Source of the DNA: an uncultured Chitinophagales bacterium
GTDB taxonomy: Bacteria > Bacteroidota > Rhodothermia > Balneolales > CAYWCV01
DNA length: 57,564 bases
Reading direction: 5' to 3'
Assembly (NCBI GenBank): GCA_964640035.1
Contig: CAZXGO010000006.1
Coordinates: 1 to 57,564 of the forward strand
Under the pieces are notes generated by a model that was given only the letters and a program-made list of their open reading frames with translations, had not been told where the DNA came from and ran no database searches. Both the position numbers and the translations under genes were made by a program. Each line of letters opens with the position of its first letter. The first letter of the stretch is position 1. Positions 18,182 through 27,443 of the stretch are shown piece by piece.

Positions 18182-18271
18182 TTGGGGCGGAAGATTTTCC
18201 GCCCCAAAACACAAATTCGCTCGTACATTACACCCTAATCCAATCCGTAGGGCGAAAGATTTTTCGCCCCT
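18182..18271. repeat. Two related GC-clamped hairpins (GGGCGnAAGATTTTnCGCCC)
   Basis: ttggggcggaagattttccgccccaa at 18182-18207 and agggcgaaagatttttcgcccct at 18249-18271. They sit in the divergent spacer between the peroxiredoxin-like and nitroreductase genes. Confidence 0.8.
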
Positions 18272-18302
18272 GCACCTATGTACTCCATCCCATAAATAGA
18301 AA

Positions 18303-19025
18303 ATGCTATCAAACGAATTTCAAAGAATCGTCGACCATAGACGATCTAACCGATCATTTGATCCTTCCGTTGACGTGCCCGATGAGGTCATGATAAAGAG
18401 TCTGGATCGTGCCATACTATCACCCAACAGCAGTAATATGCAATTATGGGAGTTTCATTGGATACGATCTGAAAAGGAACTCGAACGATTTGTACCACTT
18501 TGTCTCGACCAAAGAGCAGCAAAAACGGCAAAACACATGGTTGTTTTTGTCACCCGAGCAGATAAGTGGCGCGAAAGAGCTAAGTGGAACTTAAATAAGA
18601 TCAAAAGTACGATCGTTGGTGAACCGACAAAACTCCAAAAATCGGGGATCGATTATTACGGAAAACTTATGCCACTGATGTATGCCAACGACCCCTTCGG
18701 ATTGATGACCTTGATTAGGAGAACTATCAGTTTTGTTATGGGAATACGTAAACCATTCTATCAAGCAGGAGGTCGAGCCCAACAGCGAATAGTTGTGCAC
18801 AAATCGTGTGCGCTTGCCGCTCAAACGTTCATGTTGTCAGTTGCATCAGAAGGCTTCCACACGTGTCCGATGGAGGGTTTAGATGAAAAACGTGTCAAAC
18901 GTGCTTTAAATCTTCCCCGCCGGGCAGAAATCAACATGATCGTTGCTGTAGGAAAGGGAACAGAGGAAGGAGTTTGGGGGCCCCGATTCAGAGTTCCGAC
19001 AGAGGAGGTTGTTATAGTGCATTAA
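18303..19025 (+). CDS. Nitroreductase family protein
   Basis: Nitroreductase-family N-terminus, RRSNRSFDPSVDVPDEVMIKSLDRAILSPNSSNMQLWEF. The C-terminal CPMEG and VAVG blocks are typical. Confidence 0.8.
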   Translation: MLSNEFQRIVDHRRSNRSFDPSVDVPDEVMIKSLDRAILSPNSSNMQLWEFHWIRSEKELERFVPLCLDQRAAKTAKHMVVFVTRADKWRERAKWNLNKIKSTIVGEPTKLQKSGIDYYGKLMPLMYANDPFGLMTLIRRTISFVMGIRKPFYQAGGRAQQRIVVHKSCALAAQTFMLSVASEGFHTCPMEGLDEKRVKRALNLPRRAEINMIVAVGKGTEEGVWGPRFRVPTEEVVIVH

Positions 19026-19140
19026 TTAACCACAGAAAGCACAGATAACACATATGATATCAGAACAATCACATCTGTGTTAATCAGTGTCATCAGTGGT
19101 TCAATTACTAACCATAGAAAGCACAGATAACACAGATAAA
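19026..19140. repeat. Family H word-array palindrome (CACAGA(A/T)A words), copy 1
   Basis: aaccacagaaagcacagataacaca, then a 20-nt spacer, then atctgtgttaatcagtgtcatcagtggttcaat, followed by a further direct copy aaccatagaaagcacagataacacagataa. The element starts at the nitroreductase stop. Confidence 0.85.
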
Positions 19141-19199
19141 GAGTTTGCCAGATGAATATAATTACTTACCTTTCGCGTTAGTAACGCATCGCAATACCA

Positions 19200-19658
19200 A
19201 TGATCAAATCTTTTGGCGATAAAGAATCCGAAAAAATCTGGAATGGTACTCGGTCAAATAAATTGCCGAACGTGATTCAGGATGTTGCACGTCGAAAATT
19301 AAGAATGATCAATAATGCGCAGGATGTCATCGATCTTCGTATTCCTCCTGCCAATAGGCTGGAAAAGCTAAAGAACATACACCCAGGTGAGATCCTTTTG
19401 GAGGAATTCCTAATTCCCATGGAGATATCCGCGTACCGTTTGGCAAAGGAGACGTTCCTGCCTCAGACGCGCATTTCTGAAATCATTAAAGGTAAACGTA
19501 GAATAACGGCAGACACTGCGCTGCGACTTTCCAGGTATTTCGGAACGAGTGCGAAATTCTGGCTAGGCCTCCAGGATGATTATGACTTGGAAGAAGAGAG
19601 AAATCAGAACAAAATGGAACTCGACTGCATCAAGCCGATAGAAGGAAGTGCGGCTTAG
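19200..19658 (+). CDS. higA: In-frame fusion of a HigB-family toxin N-terminal fragment to a HigA (XRE-HTH) antitoxin
   Basis: Residues 1-58, MIKSFGDKESEKIW...DLRIPPANRLEKLK, match the N-terminal half of HigB/killer-protein toxins. From residue 59, NIHPGEILLEEFL...ISEIIKGKRRITADTALRLSRYFGTSAKFWLGLQDDYDL is the HigA antidote signature. Confidence 0.8.
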   Translation: MIKSFGDKESEKIWNGTRSNKLPNVIQDVARRKLRMINNAQDVIDLRIPPANRLEKLKNIHPGEILLEEFLIPMEISAYRLAKETFLPQTRISEIIKGKRRITADTALRLSRYFGTSAKFWLGLQDDYDLEEERNQNKMELDCIKPIEGSAA

Positions 19659-19702
19659 CGGCTCAGCAGCATTAGCGAGTGTAAATAGAACAGCTATCCT
19701 TT

Positions 19703-19829
19703 CAGTGGTTCATCAACTAACCACAGATAGCACAGATAACACGGATGGATTGAACCACAGAAAGCACAGACAACACAGATGAAGTCGGAATAACTATATC
19801 TGTGTTATCAGTATAATCAGTGGTTCAAT
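19703..19829. repeat. Family H word-array palindrome, copy 2 (probable hut-operon terminator hairpin)
   Basis: cagtggttcatcaactaaccacagatagcacagataacacgg, followed by the hairpin attgaaccacagaaagcacagacaacacagat...atctgtgttatcagtataatcagtggttcaat (19749-19829). It ends 10 nt from the hutI stop. Confidence 0.85.
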
Positions 19830-19839
19830 AATGTGTTAA

Positions 19840-21039
19840 CTACTTCCCCCGCACGAACGTCCTCACGCAGGTACCTTGGCGGTAATGATACATCCACTCA
19901 TCTGGATGCTCAGCTTCAATTATGGCCATTGATGCTAATTTGCCCACCTCGATACTGCCCAAATCATGCTCCCTGCCTATCGCCCGCGCAGCATACCGGG
20001 TAGCGCCCATGAGGGACTCGACCGGGGTCATTCGCTGATAGGTACACGCCAGCCACATCGCCAGATGCATATCGTAACTTGGCGCACTCCCTGGGTTGAA
20101 ATCGGTCGCCACGGCCACTGGAACCCCAGCCTCCATCAGCTTGCGCGCAGGCAGCGACGGTTTCGCCAGCACCATGCTGGCAATCGGCAGACTGACCGCC
20201 ACCGTACCGGATTTCGCCAGAGCCTTAATGCCATCCTCATTCACATACTCGAGATGATCGGCCGACACCGCACCCATCTCAGCCGCTAAGGCAGCCCCAT
20301 TTCCATCACTGAGCTGATCTACATGGAGCTTGAGTCCAAAGCCCAACTCCGCAGCTGCCCTCAGATAGCGTCGGGCCTGATCAGCCGTAAAAGCCCCCTT
20401 TTCAACAAAAATATCGGCAAAACGCACATCAGAACGTCTGGCCACCAGGGGCATGACCTCGGCAATGAGATAGTCGATCCAGGCATCGGCCGACTGAAAC
20501 TCCGGCGGCACGGCATGCGCCCCCAGAAAGGTCTGCGTGAGCCTCACCGGGTGACCCGCATCGATAGCACGGGCGGCATCCAGCTGGCGGATTTCTTCCT
20601 CGAGTGACAATCCATACCCCGTTTTGCATTCCACATGCACTACCCCGAGTTGAATCATCCGGTCGAGATGTTCAATCCCCCGCTGAACAAGCTCCTCTAG
20701 ACTGGCCTCGCGTGTTTGCTGCATTGTGCGTCGGATGCCTCCACCAGATGCGGCGATGATCGTATAATCCTCCCCTTTGATCCGCCGTACAAACTCATCG
20801 GTACGCCATCCGCCGAACACTAAGTGGGTGTGACAGTCGATCAGGCCTGGTATTACCATGGCTCCGCCGGCGTCGAATTCCGGCTGATCTGGCAGACCGG
20901 TTGGCAAATCTTTTTCCTGTCCGACCCAAGTGATGTGCTCATGATCCCAGACAACCGCCGCATGCTTCAGGGCATCTTCATCATGCTGATTCGGGCCACT
21001 GCATCGTGCCAGATAACCGATATTTCGAAGAATAGGCAT
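19840..21039 (-). CDS. hutI: Imidazolonepropionase
   Basis: Amidohydrolase motifs PGLIDCHTHLVFGG, KLHVDQLS and ATDFNPGS, in the hutU-hutH-hutI order. Confidence 0.92.
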   Translation of the reverse strand: MPILRNIGYLARCSGPNQHDEDALKHAAVVWDHEHITWVGQEKDLPTGLPDQPEFDAGGAMVIPGLIDCHTHLVFGGWRTDEFVRRIKGEDYTIIAASGGGIRRTMQQTREASLEELVQRGIEHLDRMIQLGVVHVECKTGYGLSLEEEIRQLDAARAIDAGHPVRLTQTFLGAHAVPPEFQSADAWIDYLIAEVMPLVARRSDVRFADIFVEKGAFTADQARRYLRAAAELGFGLKLHVDQLSDGNGAALAAEMGAVSADHLEYVNEDGIKALAKSGTVAVSLPIASMVLAKPSLPARKLMEAGVPVAVATDFNPGSAPSYDMHLAMWLACTYQRMTPVESLMGATRYAARAIGREHDLGSIEVGKLASMAIIEAEHPDEWMYHYRQGTCVRTFVRGK

Positions 21040-21040
21040 T

Positions 21041-22537
21041 TTAGTGTAACGATATATCGTGATGTTTTAAGACCCCTGACAGTCGATGCTCACGCACAAT
21101 CTGCGCACAGCGCTGCAGATCATCGCTTACCAGGTAATCTTCGGTAGCATGCGGGATCAGATCTCGAACATATTGATGGCATACGGCAACGCCCTTGCCC
21201 GGCATGAGCGGTTGACGAAAATCGAGGGCCTGACACGCCGTCAGGAGTTCGATGGCCAGCACATGTTCCACATTTTCGAGTACCTTGAGTAATTTGAGCG
21301 CACTCACGCTTCCCATACTCACATGATCTTCTTGCCCCAGGCTGGTAGGGATGGTATCGACACTAGCAGGATGGCACAGCACCTTATTTTCTGACACTAA
21401 AGCAGCAGCGGTGTACTGCGGGATCATGAATCCAGAGTTGATGCCGGTTTCCCGCATCAGCAAAGCCGGTAAGCCATCATGCCCCTCGAGCAACAGATAG
21501 GTGCGTCGCTCACTGATACTCGCCAACTCGGCGAGGGCGATCGCCGCGAAGTCCAGTGCCAGTGCCAGTGGCTGACCATGGAAATTTCCACCACTTACGA
21601 TACGATCTTCAAAGACCAGGGGATTGTCGGTGACGCTATTCAGTTCGATTTCGATCACGCGGGCGGCATACCCGAGGGCATCCCGTGAGGCGCCGTGCAC
21701 CTGTGGGACGCATCTCAGACAATAGGGATCCTGAACCTTGCCGCAATCACGATGCGATTCCAGGATTTCGCTATCGACCAGGAGCGTTCTCACATTTTCG
21801 GCCACCTTCTCCTGACCGGGATGTGGACGCACGGCATGGATCCCGGCATCAAAAGGGGTGATGCTGCCTTGTAATGCCTCCAGGCTCATCGCAGCAAGAA
21901 TATCTGCAGACTGAGCGAGTTGGAGGGCTTTTTCCAGGATGTAGGCGCCGTAGGCCAGCATCATTTGGGTACCATTGATCAGCGACAATCCATCCTTAGC
22001 CTGAAGTTGGATGGGCTCAAGGCCATGCGCTTTGAGTACCTCATCGGCCGGGATCGTAGCTGTGCTCTCATCATTCCAAAAATGTCCCAATCCAAGGAGA
22101 GGGAGCGACATGTGTGCGAGTGGAGCAAGGTCGCCGGAGGCCCCAACGCTACCCTGACTTGGAATCGCCGGGACGAGTCCTTTGTTATAAAAAACGACCA
22201 AACGTTTGAAGGTTTCCGTCGATATCCCCGAGTAGCCCAGACCGAGAGAATGCGCCTTGAGTCCTAGCATCAGTTTGGAGATCGCTTTCGGAATCAGGGT
22301 TCCAACCCCCACAGCATGACTGCGGATGAGGTTTTCCTGAAGCTTACCCAACTGTTGTGGATCAATTCGTGTGGAGGCCAGGGCTCCGAATCCGGTGTTA
22401 ATGCCGTAATAGGATGTTCCATCGCGGAGGGCCTGTTCAACACGATCACGCGAGATTGTTACTTCAGGATGATGCTGCTCAAGCGAAGCCAGTCGGGCAT
22501 CCAGATCGGAGTAGAGATGTTGAAGTCGAAGCTGCAT
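21041..22537 (-). CDS. hutH: Histidine ammonia-lyase
   Basis: The MIO-forming motif GSVGASGDLAPLAH and the blocks YGINTGFG and NGTQ. Confidence 0.95.
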   Translation of the reverse strand: MQLRLQHLYSDLDARLASLEQHHPEVTISRDRVEQALRDGTSYYGINTGFGALASTRIDPQQLGKLQENLIRSHAVGVGTLIPKAISKLMLGLKAHSLGLGYSGISTETFKRLVVFYNKGLVPAIPSQGSVGASGDLAPLAHMSLPLLGLGHFWNDESTATIPADEVLKAHGLEPIQLQAKDGLSLINGTQMMLAYGAYILEKALQLAQSADILAAMSLEALQGSITPFDAGIHAVRPHPGQEKVAENVRTLLVDSEILESHRDCGKVQDPYCLRCVPQVHGASRDALGYAARVIEIELNSVTDNPLVFEDRIVSGGNFHGQPLALALDFAAIALAELASISERRTYLLLEGHDGLPALLMRETGINSGFMIPQYTAAALVSENKVLCHPASVDTIPTSLGQEDHVSMGSVSALKLLKVLENVEHVLAIELLTACQALDFRQPLMPGKGVAVCHQYVRDLIPHATEDYLVSDDLQRCAQIVREHRLSGVLKHHDISLH

Positions 22538-22544
22538 AGCGGAA

Positions 22545-24215
22545 TCAAATGCCGTTAATCATGGGAAGCTTTACACCACGCTCTTTGGCGGTGGTGATGG
22601 CGATATCGTAGCCGGCATCGGCATGGCGCATTACGCCCGTGCCTGGGTCGGCGGCGAGCACGCGCCGGAGGCGTTCGGCTCCGCTATCGGTGCCATCGGC
22701 GACGATGACCATACCCGAGTGGATGGAATATCCGATCCCGACTCCACCGCCATGGTGCAGCGACACCCAGCTGGCCCCACATGCCGTGTTGAGCATGGCA
22801 TTGAGCAGCGGCCAGTCGGCGATGGCGTCGGATCCATCGAGCATAGCCTCGGTCTCGCGGTTGGGCGAGGCCACCGATCCGGTGTCGAGGTGATCGCGGC
22901 CGATCACTATAGGTGCCTCGACCTTGCCGGTGCGGACGAGGTGATTGAAGCGGTCGCCCGCCTCAGCGCGTTCGCCATATTCGAGCCAGCAGATGCGGGC
23001 GGGCAAGCCCTGGAAGTGGATTCGCTCACGAGCCATCTTCATCCAGCGCTGCAGGCTTTCTTTATGGGGGAAAGTCTCCATGATCACCTTATCGGTGACA
23101 TCGATATCAGCGGGGTTGCCTGATAGTGCCACCCAGCGGAAGGGTCCGCTGCCTTTGCAGAACAGTGGACGTATATACTGAGGCACAAAACCGGGAATGT
23201 CGAAGGCCTGGGTCATGCCCCGGCGGTCGGCCACTTGTCCGCGGAGGTTATTGCCATAATCGAATACGACGGCACCTTTGGCTTTCAGGTCGAGCATGGC
23301 CTGGACATGGGTCTGCATACTGTCGAGCACGGCCTCGTCGTAGGCGGCGGGCTCTAGGGAGCGCAGGTCGGCGGCTTCGGTCAGGCTGTATCCGGATGGG
23401 ATGTAGCCCACACGCAGATCGTGTGCTGAGGTTTGATCGGTCACCACATCGGGCACGATGCCGCGGCGCACGAGCTCGGGCATGACTTCGGCAGCATTGC
23501 CAAGCAGTCCTACAGACAAGGCTTGTTTCTTGTCGCGGGCGTCGAGCACGAGCTCGAGGGCGCGGTCGAGGTCGGTCTCCATCCGGTCGCAGTAACCCGT
23601 TTCGACGCGCCGTTGGATCCGCCAGGCGTCGACCTCGATCCCGAGGAAGGCGGCTCCACACATGGTGGCGGCCAGCGGCTGGGCTCCACCCATGCCACCA
23701 AGACCTGCCGTGACGACCAGGCGTCCTTCGAGGGATCCGCCGAAATGCTTGTCGGCACAAGAGGCGAAGGTTTCGTAGGTGCCCTGCACAATGCCCTGAC
23801 TGCCGATGTAGATCCAGGAACCTGCCGTCATCTGGCCGTACATCGTGAGACCGAGTTGCTCCAGGCGACGAAATTCATTAAAAGTGGCCCAGCGTGGAAC
23901 GAGGTGACTGTTGGCAAGGAGGACCCGGGGGGCTTGGTCGTGGGTACGAAATACGCCAACGGGCTTACCCGACTGAATGAGCAGGGTTTCATCGTTGTTG
24001 AGACCTTTTAGTGTGCGCACGATGGCCTCAAAAGCGGCCGGATTCCGGGCTGCTTTGCCCGTACCACCGTAAACGACCAAATCGGCTGGACGTTCAGCCA
24101 CTTCAGCATCCAGATTGTTCATCAGCATTCGCAATGCTGCTTCCTGATGCCAACCTTTGCAGCTTAGTGCAGCTCCCCGTGGAGCCTGAATAGCATTAAA
24201 ATCTGTCATCCTCAT
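22545..24215 (-). CDS. hutU: Urocanate hydratase
   Basis: 556 aa with urocanase blocks [43 protein letters not shown] and [11 protein letters not shown]. Confidence 0.95.
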   Translation of the reverse strand: MRMTDFNAIQAPRGAALSCKGWHQEAALRMLMNNLDAEVAERPADLVVYGGTGKAARNPAAFEAIVRTLKGLNNDETLLIQSGKPVGVFRTHDQAPRVLLANSHLVPRWATFNEFRRLEQLGLTMYGQMTAGSWIYIGSQGIVQGTYETFASCADKHFGGSLEGRLVVTAGLGGMGGAQPLAATMCGAAFLGIEVDAWRIQRRVETGYCDRMETDLDRALELVLDARDKKQALSVGLLGNAAEVMPELVRRGIVPDVVTDQTSAHDLRVGYIPSGYSLTEAADLRSLEPAAYDEAVLDSMQTHVQAMLDLKAKGAVVFDYGNNLRGQVADRRGMTQAFDIPGFVPQYIRPLFCKGSGPFRWVALSGNPADIDVTDKVIMETFPHKESLQRWMKMARERIHFQGLPARICWLEYGERAEAGDRFNHLVRTGKVEAPIVIGRDHLDTGSVASPNRETEAMLDGSDAIADWPLLNAMLNTACGASWVSLHHGGGVGIGYSIHSGMVIVADGTDSGAERLRRVLAADPGTGVMRHADAGYDIAITTAKERGVKLPMINGI

Positions 24216-24401
24216 GCATGGTATATTGAAAACTGATCCAAGGTATGCATTGGAGATCGTTCATCCAAAGAAAGCGCATTTCTTAAGTCACTCCAACGAT
24301 TTGCGTGTTGCAAGAGCCTGATGGGTTTGGTATTATGGCACGTTCACGTGTACCGACACTCCGCGGCGCCCGGATGGCGTCAACATTATGCGCATCTCAT
24401 T

Positions 24402-25919
24402 ATGAGTACAACTTCTTCCAACGAGGCATTCACCGACGACCGGTCCTTTTTTGGTCACCCAAAAGGTCTTTCAACACTCTTCTTCACCGAAATGTGGGAG
24501 CGATTCTCCTACTATGGGATGCGTGCCATCCTGGTTTTGTATATGGTAGCCACGATCGATCGAGGTGGCCTCGGACTGGACGACATCACGGCTACGGCCA
24601 TATACGGACTATATACTATGTTCGTATACCTTCTGGCTCTTCCCGGAGGATGGCTGGCAGATAACTTCCTCGGTCAGCGGAAGGCGATTTGGTACGGCGG
24701 GATGATTATCGCAGCCGGACACTTTAGCATGGCCTTGCCTTCGAATGTGTCCTTTTTTGTAGGGCTGATGCTTATCGTGATCGGTACCGGACTGCTGAAA
24801 CCGAATATCAGTACTATTGTGGGCGGTCTGTACACCGACCAGGAAAGTGCGCGACGCGATGCAGGATTCTCCATTTTTTACATGGGCATTAATTTGGGAG
24901 CCTTCCTCGCTCCACTTATTGTTGGATTTTTTGGCGAGAAAGTGGATTGGCACCTGGGCTTCGGTATCGCCGGTGTGGGTATGGTATTGGGATTAATCCA
25001 GTTTAAACTCACGGAAAAAAATCTTCAGCAGGTGGGTATTCATCCCCCGGTTACTCATAGTGATGCCACGCTATCTAGGATCAAAATGGGTCTAATATCA
25101 GCAGGTGTGGCTCTTACAGCTCTGGTTCTGATGATTGCTACAGGTGGGATTGAAATCAATCCATTAGCAATAGCTCAAGGCTCTGCCTATATCATTCTGG
25201 GTCTTGTTGCAGCCTTTTTTGCTTATGTAATCCTATTTGGAAAACTGAGTGGAGAAGAGATCAAACGAGTATTAGTGATCATTTTCCTCTTTTTTGCCGC
25301 TGCCATGTTCTGGAGTGGATTTGAGCAGGCTGGCTCATCGTTAAACCTTTTTGCCGAGCGCTATACGAACCGTGAGGTGATGGGTTGGCTCTTGCCAACC
25401 AGCTGGTTCCAGTCGATTAACTCGATCTTTATTATTCTGTTGGCACCGGTCTTTGGATGGCTTTGGGTTGCTTTGGCGAATGCGCGCAAAGAAGTGAGTA
25501 TGCCTGTCAAATTCGGCCTTGGATTGATTCAGCTGGGTTTAGGATTTTTCGTGCTCGTTTTTGCGGCTAACATCGCGCTTGCCAATGAAGCAGGAGCTGG
25601 TCCTGGATGGCTGGTGCTCACCTATTTGCTCCACACCATGGGAGAATTGTGCTTGAGTCCGGTGGGATTAAGTTCGATCACGAAGTTATCACCCAAGAAA
25701 TTCGTTGGACAGATGATGGGAATTTGGTTTATGGCCTCGGCTTTGGGTAACCTTATTGCAGGACTCCTGGCAGGTCGTTTCAACGATGCTGCCATCACCG
25801 CCAATCCATCCTTGCTACCTGAGCAGTTCCAGATGATTTTCTACACCACCGCCGGCGTCGGCCTAGTGGCCCTCCTCATCAGCCCTGTTATCAAAAAGCT
25901 GATGGGAGACGTTAAGTAA
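24402..25919 (+). CDS. POT/PTR2 family di-/tripeptide:proton symporter
   Basis: FFGHPKGLSTLFFTEMWERFSYYGMRAILVLY is the POT signature, and the protein has multiple TM segments. The ATG at 24402 (MSTTSSNE) is preferred over the track start at 24321. Confidence 0.9.
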   Translation: MSTTSSNEAFTDDRSFFGHPKGLSTLFFTEMWERFSYYGMRAILVLYMVATIDRGGLGLDDITATAIYGLYTMFVYLLALPGGWLADNFLGQRKAIWYGGMIIAAGHFSMALPSNVSFFVGLMLIVIGTGLLKPNISTIVGGLYTDQESARRDAGFSIFYMGINLGAFLAPLIVGFFGEKVDWHLGFGIAGVGMVLGLIQFKLTEKNLQQVGIHPPVTHSDATLSRIKMGLISAGVALTALVLMIATGGIEINPLAIAQGSAYIILGLVAAFFAYVILFGKLSGEEIKRVLVIIFLFFAAAMFWSGFEQAGSSLNLFAERYTNREVMGWLLPTSWFQSINSIFIILLAPVFGWLWVALANARKEVSMPVKFGLGLIQLGLGFFVLVFAANIALANEAGAGPGWLVLTYLLHTMGELCLSPVGLSSITKLSPKKFVGQMMGIWFMASALGNLIAGLLAGRFNDAAITANPSLLPEQFQMIFYTTAGVGLVALLISPVIKKLMGDVK

Positions 25920-26025
25920 GAGTTGAAGATTGATGATTGAAGAGTTGAAGGTTACTTTATAGATAAATTTCCCCCTCTTCAACTCTTCACCTCCTCAACT
26001 CTTTACCTCTTCAACTCTTCAATTC
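25918..26025. repeat. Family T word-array palindrome, copy 2
   Basis: The left arm aagagttgaagattgatgattgaagagttgaag overlaps the transporter stop. The right arm is ccccctcttcaactcttcacctcctcaactctttacctcttcaactcttcaattctt and ends 8 nt before the mnmE start. Confidence 0.85.
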
Positions 26026-26032
26026 TTATTTC

Positions 26033-27388
26033 TTGATCTCCTCCTCTCCCATCGCTGCCATTGCTACTCCTCCTGGTGAAGGGGGGATTGCGGTGATACG
26101 TGCGTCGGGCAAGGGTGTTGTTGCCTTGCTCGATACGATATTTCGTGGGAAGAAACTGGAGGATCAGCCTTCGCATACGGCTCATTTTGGTCGTATTGAA
26201 CGGGATAGAGTGATTGTGGACGAGGTGGTAGCAACGGTATTTCGTGCTCCCAGATCCTATACTGGTGAGGATACGGTTGAGATTTCCTGTCACGGGGGTG
26301 TTCTGGTAACTCAGTCGGTGCTCGAGACGATCTTGTCGACCGGGATTCGCATGGCCGAACCGGGTGAGTTCACAATGCGGGCCTTCCTGAATGGGAAATT
26401 GGAGCTTTCGCAGGCAGAGGCGGTGGCCGATATGATTCATGCCAAGAGTCGGCGGGCCCTGCAGGCCGCACAGCAGCAGTTGGATGGCGCCTTGGGTGAG
26501 TTTGTTGCCCGATTTCGTCAGGCCATCATCGATGCTACGGCGATGCTCGAGCTGGAGCTTGATTTTATAGAGGAGGATGTTGAATTTGCTGATCGCTCAG
26601 CCTTGAGAAGTTTGCTCGAAGATCTGGACCGGCAGATCCAGGACTTGCTCGAGACCTATGAGACGGGTCGTCTGCTCCGGGATGGGGTGCGCACGGTGCT
26701 GGTCGGCCGACCCAACGCGGGTAAATCAACGCTTCTGAATGCCCTGATCGGAAAAGAGCGTGCCATTGTAAGTGACATTGCCGGGACGACACGCGATACG
26801 ATCGATGCGGACTGGACCTATGGCGGGATCTATTTCAAGCTTATCGATACAGCCGGCTTACGGGAAACGGAAGATGTGATCGAAGCCGAGGGGGTGAGGC
26901 GGTCGGAAAAAGCCATCACTGAAGCCGATGTGGTGATGGTACTTAGTGATATGAGTACGGAGCATGGACGAACCGAGGCCTTCGGGCGTCTGAAGAAAGA
27001 GCATCCGGATAAGCCGATGATCCATGTAGGCAATAAAATGGATTTGGCAAAGGATAAGCAAGAAGCGGAGGCCTATGATATAGCGATATCAGCAGCGCGC
27101 GGTGAGGGCATTGATCGGCTGAAGCAGGTCTTGCTCGATCGGGCTCTAGGGCGTCATCATAGTGAAGCGGGAAGTTTGGTGATCACGGCCACGCGTCATC
27201 GGGATGCCCTGGCTAAGACCAGATCATTTGTGCAATCGGCACTCGCGCGATTAGCCGAAGGCTCTAGTAATGAGTTCATTTCGGTTGATCTGCGAGGTGC
27301 GTTGATTGAACTTAGTCATATCACTGGAGAGATCACCAACGAGGATATTCTGGACTCGATCTTCAGTCGGTTTTGTATTGGGAAATAG
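26033..27388 (+). CDS. mnmE: tRNA modification GTPase MnmE
   Basis: IAAIATPPGEGGIAVIRASG, the G-domain motifs GRPNAGKSTLLNAL, DTAG and NKMD, and the C-terminal FCIGK. Apparent TTG start. Confidence 0.93.
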   Translation: MISSSPIAAIATPPGEGGIAVIRASGKGVVALLDTIFRGKKLEDQPSHTAHFGRIERDRVIVDEVVATVFRAPRSYTGEDTVEISCHGGVLVTQSVLETILSTGIRMAEPGEFTMRAFLNGKLELSQAEAVADMIHAKSRRALQAAQQQLDGALGEFVARFRQAIIDATAMLELELDFIEEDVEFADRSALRSLLEDLDRQIQDLLETYETGRLLRDGVRTVLVGRPNAGKSTLLNALIGKERAIVSDIAGTTRDTIDADWTYGGIYFKLIDTAGLRETEDVIEAEGVRRSEKAITEADVVMVLSDMSTEHGRTEAFGRLKKEHPDKPMIHVGNKMDLAKDKQEAEAYDIAISAARGEGIDRLKQVLLDRALGRHHSEAGSLVITATRHRDALAKTRSFVQSALARLAEGSSNEFISVDLRGALIELSHITGEITNEDILDSIFSRFCIGK

Positions 27389-27443
27389 CTGTTTATTTCA
27401 TTTATTTAAATGATTTTTTTGACTTTTCGATTACTTTTTAAAT

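Noticed and set aside
22623-24011. A cluster of long ORFs on both strands inside hutU (e.g. 22623-23123 +, 23126-23485 +, 23248-23760 -, 23433-24011 +).
   Set aside because: Their translations are Arg/Ala/Pro/Gly-rich low-complexity sequences, typical of off-frame reading of GC-rich DNA. The minus-strand frame gives a full-length, motif-perfect urocanase, so these are spurious.
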